This document shows positions 18,462 to 27,310 of a stretch of 37,890 nt of DNA, piece after piece. This stretch comes from Flavobacteriales bacterium. GTDB lineage: Bacteria; Bacteroidota; Bacteroidia; Flavobacteriales; Flavobacteriaceae. Each line of letters opens with the position of its first letter. Position 1 is the first letter of the stretch. The notes under the pieces are model-generated. The model was given only the letters and a program-made list of their open reading frames with translations. It had not been told where the DNA came from and searched no databases. Made by a program: the position numbers and the translations under genes. The stretch covers positions 1 to 37,890 of the forward strand of contig PAGT01000008.1 in the NCBI GenBank assembly GCA_002705485.1, in the 5' to 3' direction.

Positions 18462-19190
18462 ATGAAAGCTTTAGCACTAATTCCTGCTAGAATTGACTCT
18501 AAAAGATTACCTGGAAAACTTATGATGGATTTAGGAGGGGTTCCACTCATAAATAGAACTTATGAAAATATTTCAGCTACCAATTTATTTGATAAAGTTG
18601 TAGTTGTAACCAATTCCAAAATTATTTACAATTCAATCATTAAAAGCGGTGGCAATGCTTTCTTCAGCAAAAAAAAACATAGATGTGGAACAGACAGAAT
18701 TGCAGAGTATGCAATTAAGTCTTCAAATGATATTGTTGTGAATGTCCAGGGCGATGAACCTTTTGTAGAAACAGAGTGTTTAAAAAAAATGCTAGAATTA
18801 TTTGAGAATGATACAAGCAAAAAAATTGATTTAATATCAATAATGAATAATCTCGATAAAAATGATTTTGAAAACACAAACAAGGTTAAGGTTTTGATTA
18901 ATGATAAATTCGATGCGATAATGTTTTCCCGCTCCATTAAAACTTTAAAAGAGATTTACAATAATGTAAACTTTATATATAAACATGTCGGTGTTTATGG
19001 ATTTCGAATGAACTGTCTTGAAGATTTTTACTCATCGAAGCCTTCAAATCTTGAAAAAAAAGAAAATTTGGAACAACTAAGATATATAGAAAAAGGAAAA
19101 ACAATTAGGATGATAAAAACCAACTACAGCGGATTTGGAATAGATGTTATGCAAGATTTGATCGAGGCAAGAAAAAAAATTAATGCATAG
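18462..19190 (+). CDS. kdsB: 3-deoxy-manno-octulosonate cytidylyltransferase (CMP-KDO synthetase)
   Basis: 242 aa with the N-terminal IPARIDSKRLPGKLM motif, VQGDEPF, and a length typical of KdsB. Confidence 0.92.
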   Translation: MKALALIPARIDSKRLPGKLMMDLGGVPLINRTYENISATNLFDKVVVVTNSKIIYNSIIKSGGNAFFSKKKHRCGTDRIAEYAIKSSNDIVVNVQGDEPFVETECLKKMLELFENDTSKKIDLISIMNNLDKNDFENTNKVKVLINDKFDAIMFSRSIKTLKEIYNNVNFIYKHVGVYGFRMNCLEDFYSSKPSNLEKKENLEQLRYIEKGKTIRMIKTNYSGFGIDVMQDLIEARKKINA

Positions 19191-19719
19191 GTTAGCTCAA
19201 ATAATATTATACAAAATTTTAAATTGGAAGATTTACGGTAATTACAATCTCCCTGATAAATGTGTATTAATTGTTGCCCCACACACTCACTGGATTGATT
19301 TTTTTATTGCGATACTCATTAGGAAAGCTATTAATCAAGAAATAAATTTTATAGGAAAAAAAGAACTTTTTAAATTCCCTCTAGGAATCCTTTTAAAGTA
19401 TTTGGGGGGTGAACCTGTTAATCGAAATAGCAAGACTAAAACAGTGGATTTAATTTCTGAAATTTTCAAAAATAAAAAACAATTTAGATTGGGTATTTCA
19501 CCAGAGGGTACTAGAAAAAAAACACTAGTTTGGAAAACAGGATTCTATTATATTGCTCAGAAATCTAATGTGCCGATAATTAGTGTTACTTTAAATTTTA
19601 AAGACAAAAACACCAAATTTTCAAAGCCTTTTTATGTGTCAGGTGATTTTAAAAAGGATGTCAAAGAATTGAAAACATTTTTTAATGGGGTTAAAGGGAA
19701 AGTTCCAAACTATTCTTGA
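19183..19719 (+). CDS. Lysophospholipid / 1-acyl-sn-glycerol-3-phosphate acyltransferase family protein
   Basis: 178 aa with the HxxxxD motif (HTHWID) and the PEGTR motif (ISPEGTRKK). Its start overlaps the kdsB stop by 8 nt. Confidence 0.8.
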   Translation: MHRLAQIILYKILNWKIYGNYNLPDKCVLIVAPHTHWIDFFIAILIRKAINQEINFIGKKELFKFPLGILLKYLGGEPVNRNSKTKTVDLISEIFKNKKQFRLGISPEGTRKKTLVWKTGFYYIAQKSNVPIISVTLNFKDKNTKFSKPFYVSGDFKKDVKELKTFFNGVKGKVPNYS

Positions 19720-20432
19720 GATAATTCCATGTTGTGATAAATGTTTTGAACATCATCATCTTCTTCAATAGCTTCCATTAGGTTTTCCACTGCAATAATA
19801 TCATCTTTTTTCAAGTACTTATATTGTTTTGGTACTCTTTGGAATTCCGATGAGATAATTTCAATTTGTCTTTTTTCTAATTCTTTTTGAATCGTTCCAA
19901 AACTATCAAACATTGAGTACAAATAATATTGATCATTATTTTCATCTTTTACAGCTTCTTCTAATCCGAAATCAATTAATTCAAATTCCAAGTCATCTAT
20001 TTTTAAATCTGTTTTTATTTTAAAGCAACATAATCTTTCAAACATAAACTCTACAGATCCAGACGTTCCTAAATTTCCATCAAACTTATTGAAATAGCTT
20101 CTTATATTAGCTACTGTTCTATTATTATTATTACTAGCAGTTTCAATCAAAATTGCTACCCCTTTTGGTCCGTACCCCTCAAATAAAATTTCTTTATAAT
20201 TTTCCGATGATTTTTCTGAAGCCTTTTTAATAGCTCTTTCAATATTATTTTTAGGCATATTAACAGCCTTGGCATTTTGAATTATTGCCCTTAACCTTGA
20301 ATTAATCTCTGGATTAGGCCCTCCATCCTTTACAGCCATGCTCAGTTCTTTTCCAATTCTAGTAAAGGTTTTTGACATTGCGGACCATCTTTTTAATTTC
20401 CTAGCTTTTCTAAACTCAAATGCTCTGCCCAT
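19710..20432 (-). CDS. yebC: YebC/PmpR family DNA-binding transcriptional regulator
   Basis: 240 aa with the highly characteristic N-terminus MGRAFEFRKARKLKRWSAMSKTFTR. The length is typical. Confidence 0.92.
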   Translation of the reverse strand: MGRAFEFRKARKLKRWSAMSKTFTRIGKELSMAVKDGGPNPEINSRLRAIIQNAKAVNMPKNNIERAIKKASEKSSENYKEILFEGYGPKGVAILIETASNNNNRTVANIRSYFNKFDGNLGTSGSVEFMFERLCCFKIKTDLKIDDLEFELIDFGLEEAVKDENNDQYYLYSMFDSFGTIQKELEKRQIEIISSEFQRVPKQYKYLKKDDIIAVENLMEAIEEDDDVQNIYHNMELSQE

Positions 20433-20457
20433 AATTAATTTTTTTTTTTAGATTAGT

Positions 20458-21270
20458 TTATAATGTTTTTCCAAGATCATTAAGCACAACATCGTAACCG
20501 AATTGGAGGTGTTTAGGAAATGTTTTTTTTTTTGAAAATAAAGCTAAATACCTATTGTCATTGGTTGTATAAACATATTTGTAATTTATTTTTTCAAAAT
20601 TTAATTTCTTGAGAATGGAGCTAATTAAATCAGTGTGTAATAATAAATCTTTACTCCCATGATGAATAATTCCAGTTAAATTTCTACTTATTATATAATG
20701 AATTTGTTTAGCAAAAAATTTGGCAGAATTAATGTTGACAATAAGATTTGGAAAAATTTCTATAGGATGTTGATTGAATATGTTTTTTTTTAATTCAACT
20801 ATCCTAGGTGAATTATTGTCAAAAATCATTGGGGATCTCAAAATAGCCCAGTTTTTATTTTTTAATCTTAAAATTTTATTTTCGATATTGATTTTAAATT
20901 TCCCATAAATACTATTTGAAAACGTTTTATCATCCTCATAACTTGGGAAGTTAGTAAAGTAGTCAAATACATTGGACGAGGAGATAAACATTAATTTAAT
21001 TTTTTTTAAATCACAATAGTTTATTAATTCATTATGAAATGATATCTGATTGTAAAAATCTCCAGAAATTGAAGAGATAACAATATTCGGTTGAATTTTA
21101 TTCAGAAGTCTAATAGACTTGTGTCGAATATCAAAATAATGAAATCTCTTATTTTTTTTAAAAATTATATTTTTGTAATAAGTACAATGTAAATTAAAAA
21201 AAGGGTTCAACTCCTTGTAAATAGCTTTTCCTAAGAACCCACTACCACCAAAAATCAAAATTTTTTTCAT
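20458..21270 (-). CDS. NAD(P)-dependent sugar-nucleotide epimerase/reductase-like protein (RmlD substrate-binding-like)
   Basis: Rossmann motif ILIFGGSGFLGKA. The ORF is open from 21300, but the ATG at 21270 (MKKILIFGG) sits 1 nt after the gcvT stop and puts the Gly-rich loop at the usual distance from the N-terminus. Confidence 0.75.
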   Translation of the reverse strand: MKKILIFGGSGFLGKAIYKELNPFFNLHCTYYKNIIFKKNKRFHYFDIRHKSIRLLNKIQPNIVISSISGDFYNQISFHNELINYCDLKKIKLMFISSSNVFDYFTNFPSYEDDKTFSNSIYGKFKINIENKILRLKNKNWAILRSPMIFDNNSPRIVELKKNIFNQHPIEIFPNLIVNINSAKFFAKQIHYIISRNLTGIIHHGSKDLLLHTDLISSILKKLNFEKINYKYVYTTNDNRYLALFSKKKTFPKHLQFGYDVVLNDLGKTL

Positions 21271-21271
21271 T

Positions 21272-22357
21272 TTATGTTTTAACAAAAGGAGGTTTGACAA
21301 TTGTAGATAAAATCATTTTATTTCTGATTTCTATTTGAATATTTAATCCAATACTTGAATTATCAAAATCTACATATCCCAAACCTATTCCTTTTTTTAA
21401 AACTGGTGACATCGTTCCAGACGTAACATAACCAATCTCATGACCTTTTAAATTAAATATTTTATATCCTTTTCTTGGAACACCTTTTTCTTCTAAAGTA
21501 AATGAAACCAACTTTCTGACAGGTTGATTGATAAAAGTTGATTCAATGAGTTCTTTACCTATAAATTCTTTTTCAAAACAAGTTATCCACTTTAGACCTG
21601 CTTCAATTGGATTTATTTTTTCATTTATGTCATTTCCATACAAACAATATCCCATTTCAATTCTCAGAGTGTCTCTTGAAGCTAAGCCAGCAGGTTTTAA
21701 TGAAAATTTATTTTTTAGACTAAATAGCTTATTCCAAATTTTTATTGCATCATCATTTTTGCAATAAATTTCAAAACCACCTGAACCTGTATAACCAGTC
21801 GTGGATAATACAACATCTTTACAGCCTGCAATTGAGGTTCTAATAAAGCTATAATTATTTAATAAGTTTGTGTTAATCCCAGTAATTTCATTTAGTAAAT
21901 TAAAAGATTTTGGACCTTGAACGGCTATTAAAGAAGTTTCATCGGATTTATTAGATATTTTATTTTTGAATTTTTTATTATGATGATTGATCCATTCCCA
22001 ATCTTTATCAATATTTGAGGCATTTACAACTAACATATATTCATTGTGATCAATTTTGTAGATAATAAGATCATCTATTATACCACCTCTTTCATTAGTC
22101 ATGCAATTGTATTGAGCTTTTCCAATATCTAATTTTTCAATGTTATTAGTACACAAATAGTTTAGCATCTTTAACGAATTTTTACCACTTATAAAAAATT
22201 CGCCCATATGCGAAACATCAAAAATACCAACACCATTTCTAACACCTAGGTGTTCTATGTTAACACCCTCGTATTGAACGGGCATAATAAATCCTGCAAA
22301 AGGTACCATTTTTGCATTATTTTCTATATGTTTTTCGTAAAGTGAGGTTTTTTTCAT
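21272..22357 (-). CDS. gcvT: Glycine cleavage system aminomethyltransferase (T protein)
   Basis: 361 aa with characteristic motifs FAGFIMPVQY, FDVSHMGEF and TGYTGSGGFE. Confidence 0.95.
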   Translation of the reverse strand: MKKTSLYEKHIENNAKMVPFAGFIMPVQYEGVNIEHLGVRNGVGIFDVSHMGEFFISGKNSLKMLNYLCTNNIEKLDIGKAQYNCMTNERGGIIDDLIIYKIDHNEYMLVVNASNIDKDWEWINHHNKKFKNKISNKSDETSLIAVQGPKSFNLLNEITGINTNLLNNYSFIRTSIAGCKDVVLSTTGYTGSGGFEIYCKNDDAIKIWNKLFSLKNKFSLKPAGLASRDTLRIEMGYCLYGNDINEKINPIEAGLKWITCFEKEFIGKELIESTFINQPVRKLVSFTLEEKGVPRKGYKIFNLKGHEIGYVTSGTMSPVLKKGIGLGYVDFDNSSIGLNIQIEIRNKMILSTIVKPPFVKT

Positions 22358-22457
22358 TATTAATGTAAATATGAAATATTTTAGTTTATTTAAAACATCA
22401 TAAAATTAAATATTATGAACAATATCAAGAAATATCAATTTAGACAGTAATTGTTGA

Positions 22458-23759
22458 TTAAATGGGTTTTTCCAACATAAATTTTTTGAAATCATTGTAT
22501 GTCTCCAGCTCATAAAATATTTTTTTCTTGGATGATAAATTCTTTCCTTGAATCGGTTGAGTAAGTTTTGTGTTTAGTTTTTTTTCTATTAACTCAGAAA
22601 ATTTTATTGGGTGTGCTGTTTCTAAAAACACACCTGTTGAACATTTGTTTAAAGACATGTATTTTTTTATTCCGAGATAACCAATTGCACCGTGTGGGTC
22701 AAGAACGTAATTCTCTTTATCAAAGATTTCTTTTACGGCATCTAAAGTTTCAATATCGTTAAAGCTGTATGATGAAAAGTTTTTTTTAAGATTTTCAAAA
22801 TTTTCAAAAACTTCAAGAATTCTAATAAAATTGCTAGGGTTAGAAACATCCATTGCATTTGAAATAGTTTCAACCGTTTTCAAAGGTTTATAAATTTTTG
22901 ATTGCATGTATCTTGGAACAGTGTCATTTGCGTTTGTACTAGCAATAAAATGTGATATAGGTAGCCCTAATTTCATTGAAATTATTCCTGCACATATATT
23001 ACCAAAATTTCCACTTGGGACACTAAAAGCTACATTATGTTTTTTTAGTTTTTTTAGTTTTTTTAGAGCAAAAAAATAATATATTGTTTGGGGAAGCCAT
23101 CTCGCCACATTAATTGAATTTGCTGATGTAAGGTTAAATTTTTTTTTTAAATCTTTATCTATAAATGCCTTTTTAACAATGTCTTGACATTTGTCAAAAT
23201 TTCCATTAATTCTTAAAGCTGTTATATTATTTCCAAAGCTTGTTAACTGTAATTCTTGAAACTCACTTACTTTATTTTTCGGGTAAAGAATTACTACTTT
23301 AGTAAATTTTGAGTTTAAAAATCCATTTCCAACTGCAGCTCCTGTATCACCTGACGTTGCTACTAAAACTGTATTGTATCTTGAATTTATATTGCTAAAG
23401 TGGTCTAAACAGTTAGCCATAAATCTTGCTCCTACGTCTTTAAATGCAAGGGTTGGGCCGTTAAATAGTTCAAGTGTGAATAAATTTTTTTCAAGTTCTA
23501 TTAAAGGGAAATCAAAATCAATTGTATTATTTAAAATTTTTTTAAGATTAATCTCGCTGATTGTACTTCCAATAAATGGTTTAATAACTTTGTAAGCTAT
23601 ATCTAAATCAGAATAATTTTCTAAATTTTGTATAAATTTATGATCTAATTTTTTTATTTTTTTTGGAAAAAATAAACTTCCATCATCTGCCAAGCCTTTT
23701 TTTAAAGCTACTTCAAAATTGACAAATTCATTTGATGAACCTAGACTTTTATACAACAT
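22458..23759 (-). CDS. thrC: Threonine synthase
   Basis: 433 aa with the PLP-lysine motif TLAFKDVGARF and ATSGDTGAA. It directly abuts thrB. It contains an in-frame (LKK)3 repeat. Confidence 0.95.
   Translation of the reverse strand: MLYKSLGSSNEFVNFEVALKKGLADDGSLFFPKKIKKLDHKFIQNLENYSDLDIAYKVIKPFIGSTISEINLKKILNNTIDFDFPLIELEKNLFTLELFNGPTLAFKDVGARFMANCLDHFSNINSRYNTVLVATSGDTGAAVGNGFLNSKFTKVVILYPKNKVSEFQELQLTSFGNNITALRINGNFDKCQDIVKKAFIDKDLKKKFNLTSANSINVARWLPQTIYYFFALKKLKKLKKHNVAFSVPSGNFGNICAGIISMKLGLPISHFIASTNANDTVPRYMQSKIYKPLKTVETISNAMDVSNPSNFIRILEVFENFENLKKNFSSYSFNDIETLDAVKEIFDKENYVLDPHGAIGYLGIKKYMSLNKCSTGVFLETAHPIKFSELIEKKLNTKLTQPIQGKNLSSKKKIFYELETYNDFKKFMLEKPI
23040..23066. repeat. Perfect 3 x 9-bp tandem repeat (TTTTTTTAG on the + strand) inside thrC, encoding LKKLKKLKK
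   Basis: Read directly: 23040-23048, 23049-23057 and 23058-23066 are identical 9-mers, in frame with thrC (protein ...ALKKLKKLKKHNV...). Confidence 0.9.
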
Positions 23760-24689
23760 TTAAAAAAAATCTATTATTTTAATTCCCTTGTCATTGACTT
23801 TGGATAAGTGTATTTCGTAATCTAATTTAATCTTGTCATAAACTTTTTTCATCACTTTACTGACAATTTTAGCTTGATCCATTCCTCTGCAAAGTGAAAA
23901 AACTGAAGGTCCTGATCCCGAAATTCCACAACCCAAAGCCCCTGCTTCAATACTTGATGATTTTATCTCTGAAAATTTTGGTATTAAAATCGATCGAACA
24001 GGTTCTATTATTCTGTCATCCAGTGATCTTCCAATCAATTCATAATCTTTTTTGTTTAGTGCATGAACAAGTGCCCCTAAATTAGCAGACTGTTGAATCA
24101 TGTCATTTAAGCTAACTTGGTTTTTGATAATACTTCTTGAATCTTTAGTTTTTATTTCAATTTTTGGGTGAATTATTGAAAAAACTAAATCATTTGGGTA
24201 ATCAAGTTTTATAAAGTCTTTCTCTGACGAATTTCTCACAAATGTGAATCCCCCCATAAGAACTGCGCTAACATTGTCAGAATGAATAGTCCCACTGGAA
24301 GCTATTTCACCTTTTGATGCGAAATAAATCAGCTGATTATCGCTTAAAGGTTCACCAATTAGTTTATTAATGGCATATACTGTTCCTGCAGAACTTGCCG
24401 CACTACTTCCGATACCACTTCCTGGTTTTATTCCTTTATGTATATCAATTTCAAATCCACAGTTAACCTTTACGTTTTTTAATAAAGCTGAAGCTGCTAA
24501 TCCAGCAACATTAAGTGAAATATCGTTACTCAATTCATGCCCAGTTATTTTTTTAATGGATATCCCCTTTTTAGTTGTTTTTCTTACAGTAATTTCATCA
24601 CCAATTTTATCAAGGCATACACCTAAAATATCATAACCACATGATAGATTAGCTATACTTGCAGGCGAAAAAACTCTGATCTCTTTCAT
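23760..24689 (-). CDS. thrB: Homoserine kinase
   Basis: 309 aa with the GHMP kinase motif KPGSGIGSSAASSAG. It sits between thrA and thrC. Confidence 0.93.
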   Translation of the reverse strand: MKEIRVFSPASIANLSCGYDILGVCLDKIGDEITVRKTTKKGISIKKITGHELSNDISLNVAGLAASALLKNVKVNCGFEIDIHKGIKPGSGIGSSAASSAGTVYAINKLIGEPLSDNQLIYFASKGEIASSGTIHSDNVSAVLMGGFTFVRNSSEKDFIKLDYPNDLVFSIIHPKIEIKTKDSRSIIKNQVSLNDMIQQSANLGALVHALNKKDYELIGRSLDDRIIEPVRSILIPKFSEIKSSSIEAGALGCGISGSGPSVFSLCRGMDQAKIVSKVMKKVYDKIKLDYEIHLSKVNDKGIKIIDFF

Positions 24690-24703
24690 TTTAAATAATT
24701 TTT

Positions 24704-27157
24704 TTAATTCCTACTAATTCTAATTATATCGGCAAAAACTCCTGCAGCAGTAACCTCTGATCCTGCACCAGCTCCTTTCACAATTAAAGGTTGTTCTTGA
24801 TATCTTTGGGTGAAGAAAAGAATTATATTATCACTTCCTTCAAGGTTGTAGAAGTCATGGCTTTCAGGGATATTTTTAATGCCAACAGAGGCTTTTCCGT
24901 TTTGATACTCGGCTACATATTTTATTTTACAATTCTTTTGTCTTGCATTTTCTAAGATTTTTCTAAAATGTTTTTCATTTTTAACTAATGAATTTAAAAA
25001 GTCGTTATTGTTTTTTGTATCAAAACAATCTTCAGGGATAAATGGTTTAATTTTAATATTGGTTAATTCAATTTTTTTACCACTTTCCCTTACTAAAATT
25101 AAAATCTTCCTAGCAACATCAATTCCAGATAAATCTATTTTAGGATTTGGTTCCGTAAATCCACTATTCATAGCGTTTTCCACGACATCTTTAAACAAAT
25201 TATTATCATTATAATTATTAAAAATATAATTTAAGCTGCCTGAGAGTACTGCATGAATGGAAATTATTTTGTCTCCGGAGCTTATCAAGTTGTTTAATGT
25301 ATTTATGATAGGTAGTCCGGCCCCGACATTTGTCTCAAATAAAAAAGATGTTCCGAATTTCTTACAAATATTTTTGAGTTCAAGATAATTTTCATAAGAT
25401 TCCGCACAAGCAATTTTGTTGCATGTAACAACATTAATGTTGTTTTTTAATAAAAAATTATATGTTTTCGCAACCTCAGAATTAGCTGTATTATCAACGA
25501 AAATACTATTCCTTAAATTTAAATCTTTTACCTTTGAAATAAAACTATTTAGATCTGCGCTATCTCCATTGGTTATCTTTTTCTTGTAGGTTTTTAAATT
25601 AATTCCAACTGAACTGAAAATCATTTTTTTTGAATTAGATATTCCAATAATTCTAAGTCTTAGTTTAAGGTTTTCTATTAAATAATTAGATTGCTTTTCT
25701 ATTTGACTTAATAATTTTGAACCGACATTACCAATACCTACAACAAATAAGTTGATTTGCTTTATGTTTTTTTCAAAAAACCTTTCATGAAGAATATTAA
25801 GTGTTTTTTTTACATCTTTATTATCAATTACAGCAGTAATGTTTCTTTCAGATGAGCCCTGAGATATGGCTTTTACATTAATGTTATTTTTTCCAAGTGC
25901 ACTGAACATTTTACCGCTTATTCCTTGGTGGTTCCTCATTTTGTCACCAACCACTGCAATTATCGAAAGATTTGTTTCAATACTACATGGATTTAAAATT
26001 GAATTTTGTATTTCATATTCAAAAACCTCATTAACAATCTTTTTCGCCATATCAGATTCTGATTCTTTTATACCAATACAAATAGAATGTTCTGAAGAGG
26101 CTTGAGTTATCATTATAATGTTAATGCCATTATTTGAAATTACTTCAAATAGTTTTTTTGAAAAACCTGGAATACCTACCATGCCACTACCTTCAACCGT
26201 TAACAATGCGATATTTTCAATATGAGTAATTCCTTTTATTATTGTATTTTTTGAACTAAAATCTGAAATAGTAGTACCTGTATCTGTCTTTTTAAAGGTG
26301 TTCTTTATGTATATAGGAATTTTTTTTAACATCACAGGTTTAATTGTTGGAGGATATAAAACTTTTGCTCCAAAATGTGATAATTCCATTGCTTCCTTGT
26401 ACGAAAGGTTTTCTATTGGGTAAGCTTGTTTTACAATTCTTGGATCAGCTGTAAAAATTCCACTCACGTCTGTCCATATTTCTAAATAATTTGAATTTGT
26501 GATAGAAGCTATCAATGAAGCTGTAAAGTCGGATCCCCCTCTACCTAAAGTAACATCATCTCCAAAGTTATCTCTAGCTATGAACCCAGGCATTACGATA
26601 ATATTATTTTCTACGTTTTTTACGAATTCCTTCCATTTTCTATTAGTTAATTCGTAGTCAACTTGTTTGATCCCGTTGACTTTTCGTAATTTAGTTGTGA
26701 TTATTTCTCTAGAATCTTTAATAAAAATATCTAAACCTTTAAGTTGACCTATTTTTCCTATTAAGTAATGGGATAATATTTCGCCAAAACCAGAAATTTT
26801 ATATTCAGTTTTATTACTTATCTCTTTCAGATTAAAAATACTTTCCAGAACTGAATCCAATTTGTTGAATTCTTTTTGAATTTGACTTAAAATTTCGCTT
26901 TGACTTTTGAAATCAACTAATTGCTGACAGATTTCTATATGACTCTTTAAAATTGAGCTAAATAATTTTTTATAACTTATATCTCTTTCGCATGCAAGGT
27001 TCCCACACTCAATTAATTCATTTGTAGTGTTTCCAATAGCTGAAAGAACAACAACGGTTTTTGAATCATAACTAGCTATTATTTCTAATATATTCTCAAT
27101 TTTTTTTGCATCTGCTATTGAACTACCCCCAAATTTAATAACCTTAGTAATTTTCAA
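24704..27157 (-). CDS. thrA: Bifunctional aspartokinase / homoserine dehydrogenase
   Basis: 817 aa. It has an N-terminal aspartokinase (KFGGSSIA), central ACT-like regions, and a C-terminal homoserine dehydrogenase with VVGIGNVGSKLL. The start is TTG at 27157, with an in-frame TAA five codons upstream. Confidence 0.95.
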   Translation of the reverse strand: MKITKVIKFGGSSIADAKKIENILEIIASYDSKTVVVLSAIGNTTNELIECGNLACERDISYKKLFSSILKSHIEICQQLVDFKSQSEILSQIQKEFNKLDSVLESIFNLKEISNKTEYKISGFGEILSHYLIGKIGQLKGLDIFIKDSREIITTKLRKVNGIKQVDYELTNRKWKEFVKNVENNIIVMPGFIARDNFGDDVTLGRGGSDFTASLIASITNSNYLEIWTDVSGIFTADPRIVKQAYPIENLSYKEAMELSHFGAKVLYPPTIKPVMLKKIPIYIKNTFKKTDTGTTISDFSSKNTIIKGITHIENIALLTVEGSGMVGIPGFSKKLFEVISNNGINIIMITQASSEHSICIGIKESESDMAKKIVNEVFEYEIQNSILNPCSIETNLSIIAVVGDKMRNHQGISGKMFSALGKNNINVKAISQGSSERNITAVIDNKDVKKTLNILHERFFEKNIKQINLFVVGIGNVGSKLLSQIEKQSNYLIENLKLRLRIIGISNSKKMIFSSVGINLKTYKKKITNGDSADLNSFISKVKDLNLRNSIFVDNTANSEVAKTYNFLLKNNINVVTCNKIACAESYENYLELKNICKKFGTSFLFETNVGAGLPIINTLNNLISSGDKIISIHAVLSGSLNYIFNNYNDNNLFKDVVENAMNSGFTEPNPKIDLSGIDVARKILILVRESGKKIELTNIKIKPFIPEDCFDTKNNNDFLNSLVKNEKHFRKILENARQKNCKIKYVAEYQNGKASVGIKNIPESHDFYNLEGSDNIILFFTQRYQEQPLIVKGAGAGSEVTAAGVFADIIRISRN

Positions 27158-27310
27158 AATTAATTTTATTTAATTATTAAATAATTGTTAGTTAAACGCA
27201 GATAAGCTGGGTTAAACTAAAACTAATTGGATGTAAAACTATTAAAAACATTTTCAAAAAATGTATAATTTAGTTTTGATTATAATTTTATCTTAAGTGT
27301 GTGTGAGTAT

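Noticed and set aside
27158-27310. A possible thr-operon leader or attenuator. The 153-bp spacer upstream of thrA has a 19-codon minus-strand mini-ORF (MFLIVLHPISFSLTQLICV), a GTTAAAC direct repeat (27191 and 27211) and a (GT)4 run near 27297.
   Set aside because: The mini-ORF is not Thr/Ile-rich like the enterobacterial thrL leader. I could find no terminator/antiterminator hairpins with more than 3-4 bp stems. The spacer is too short and too AT-rich for a known riboswitch class.
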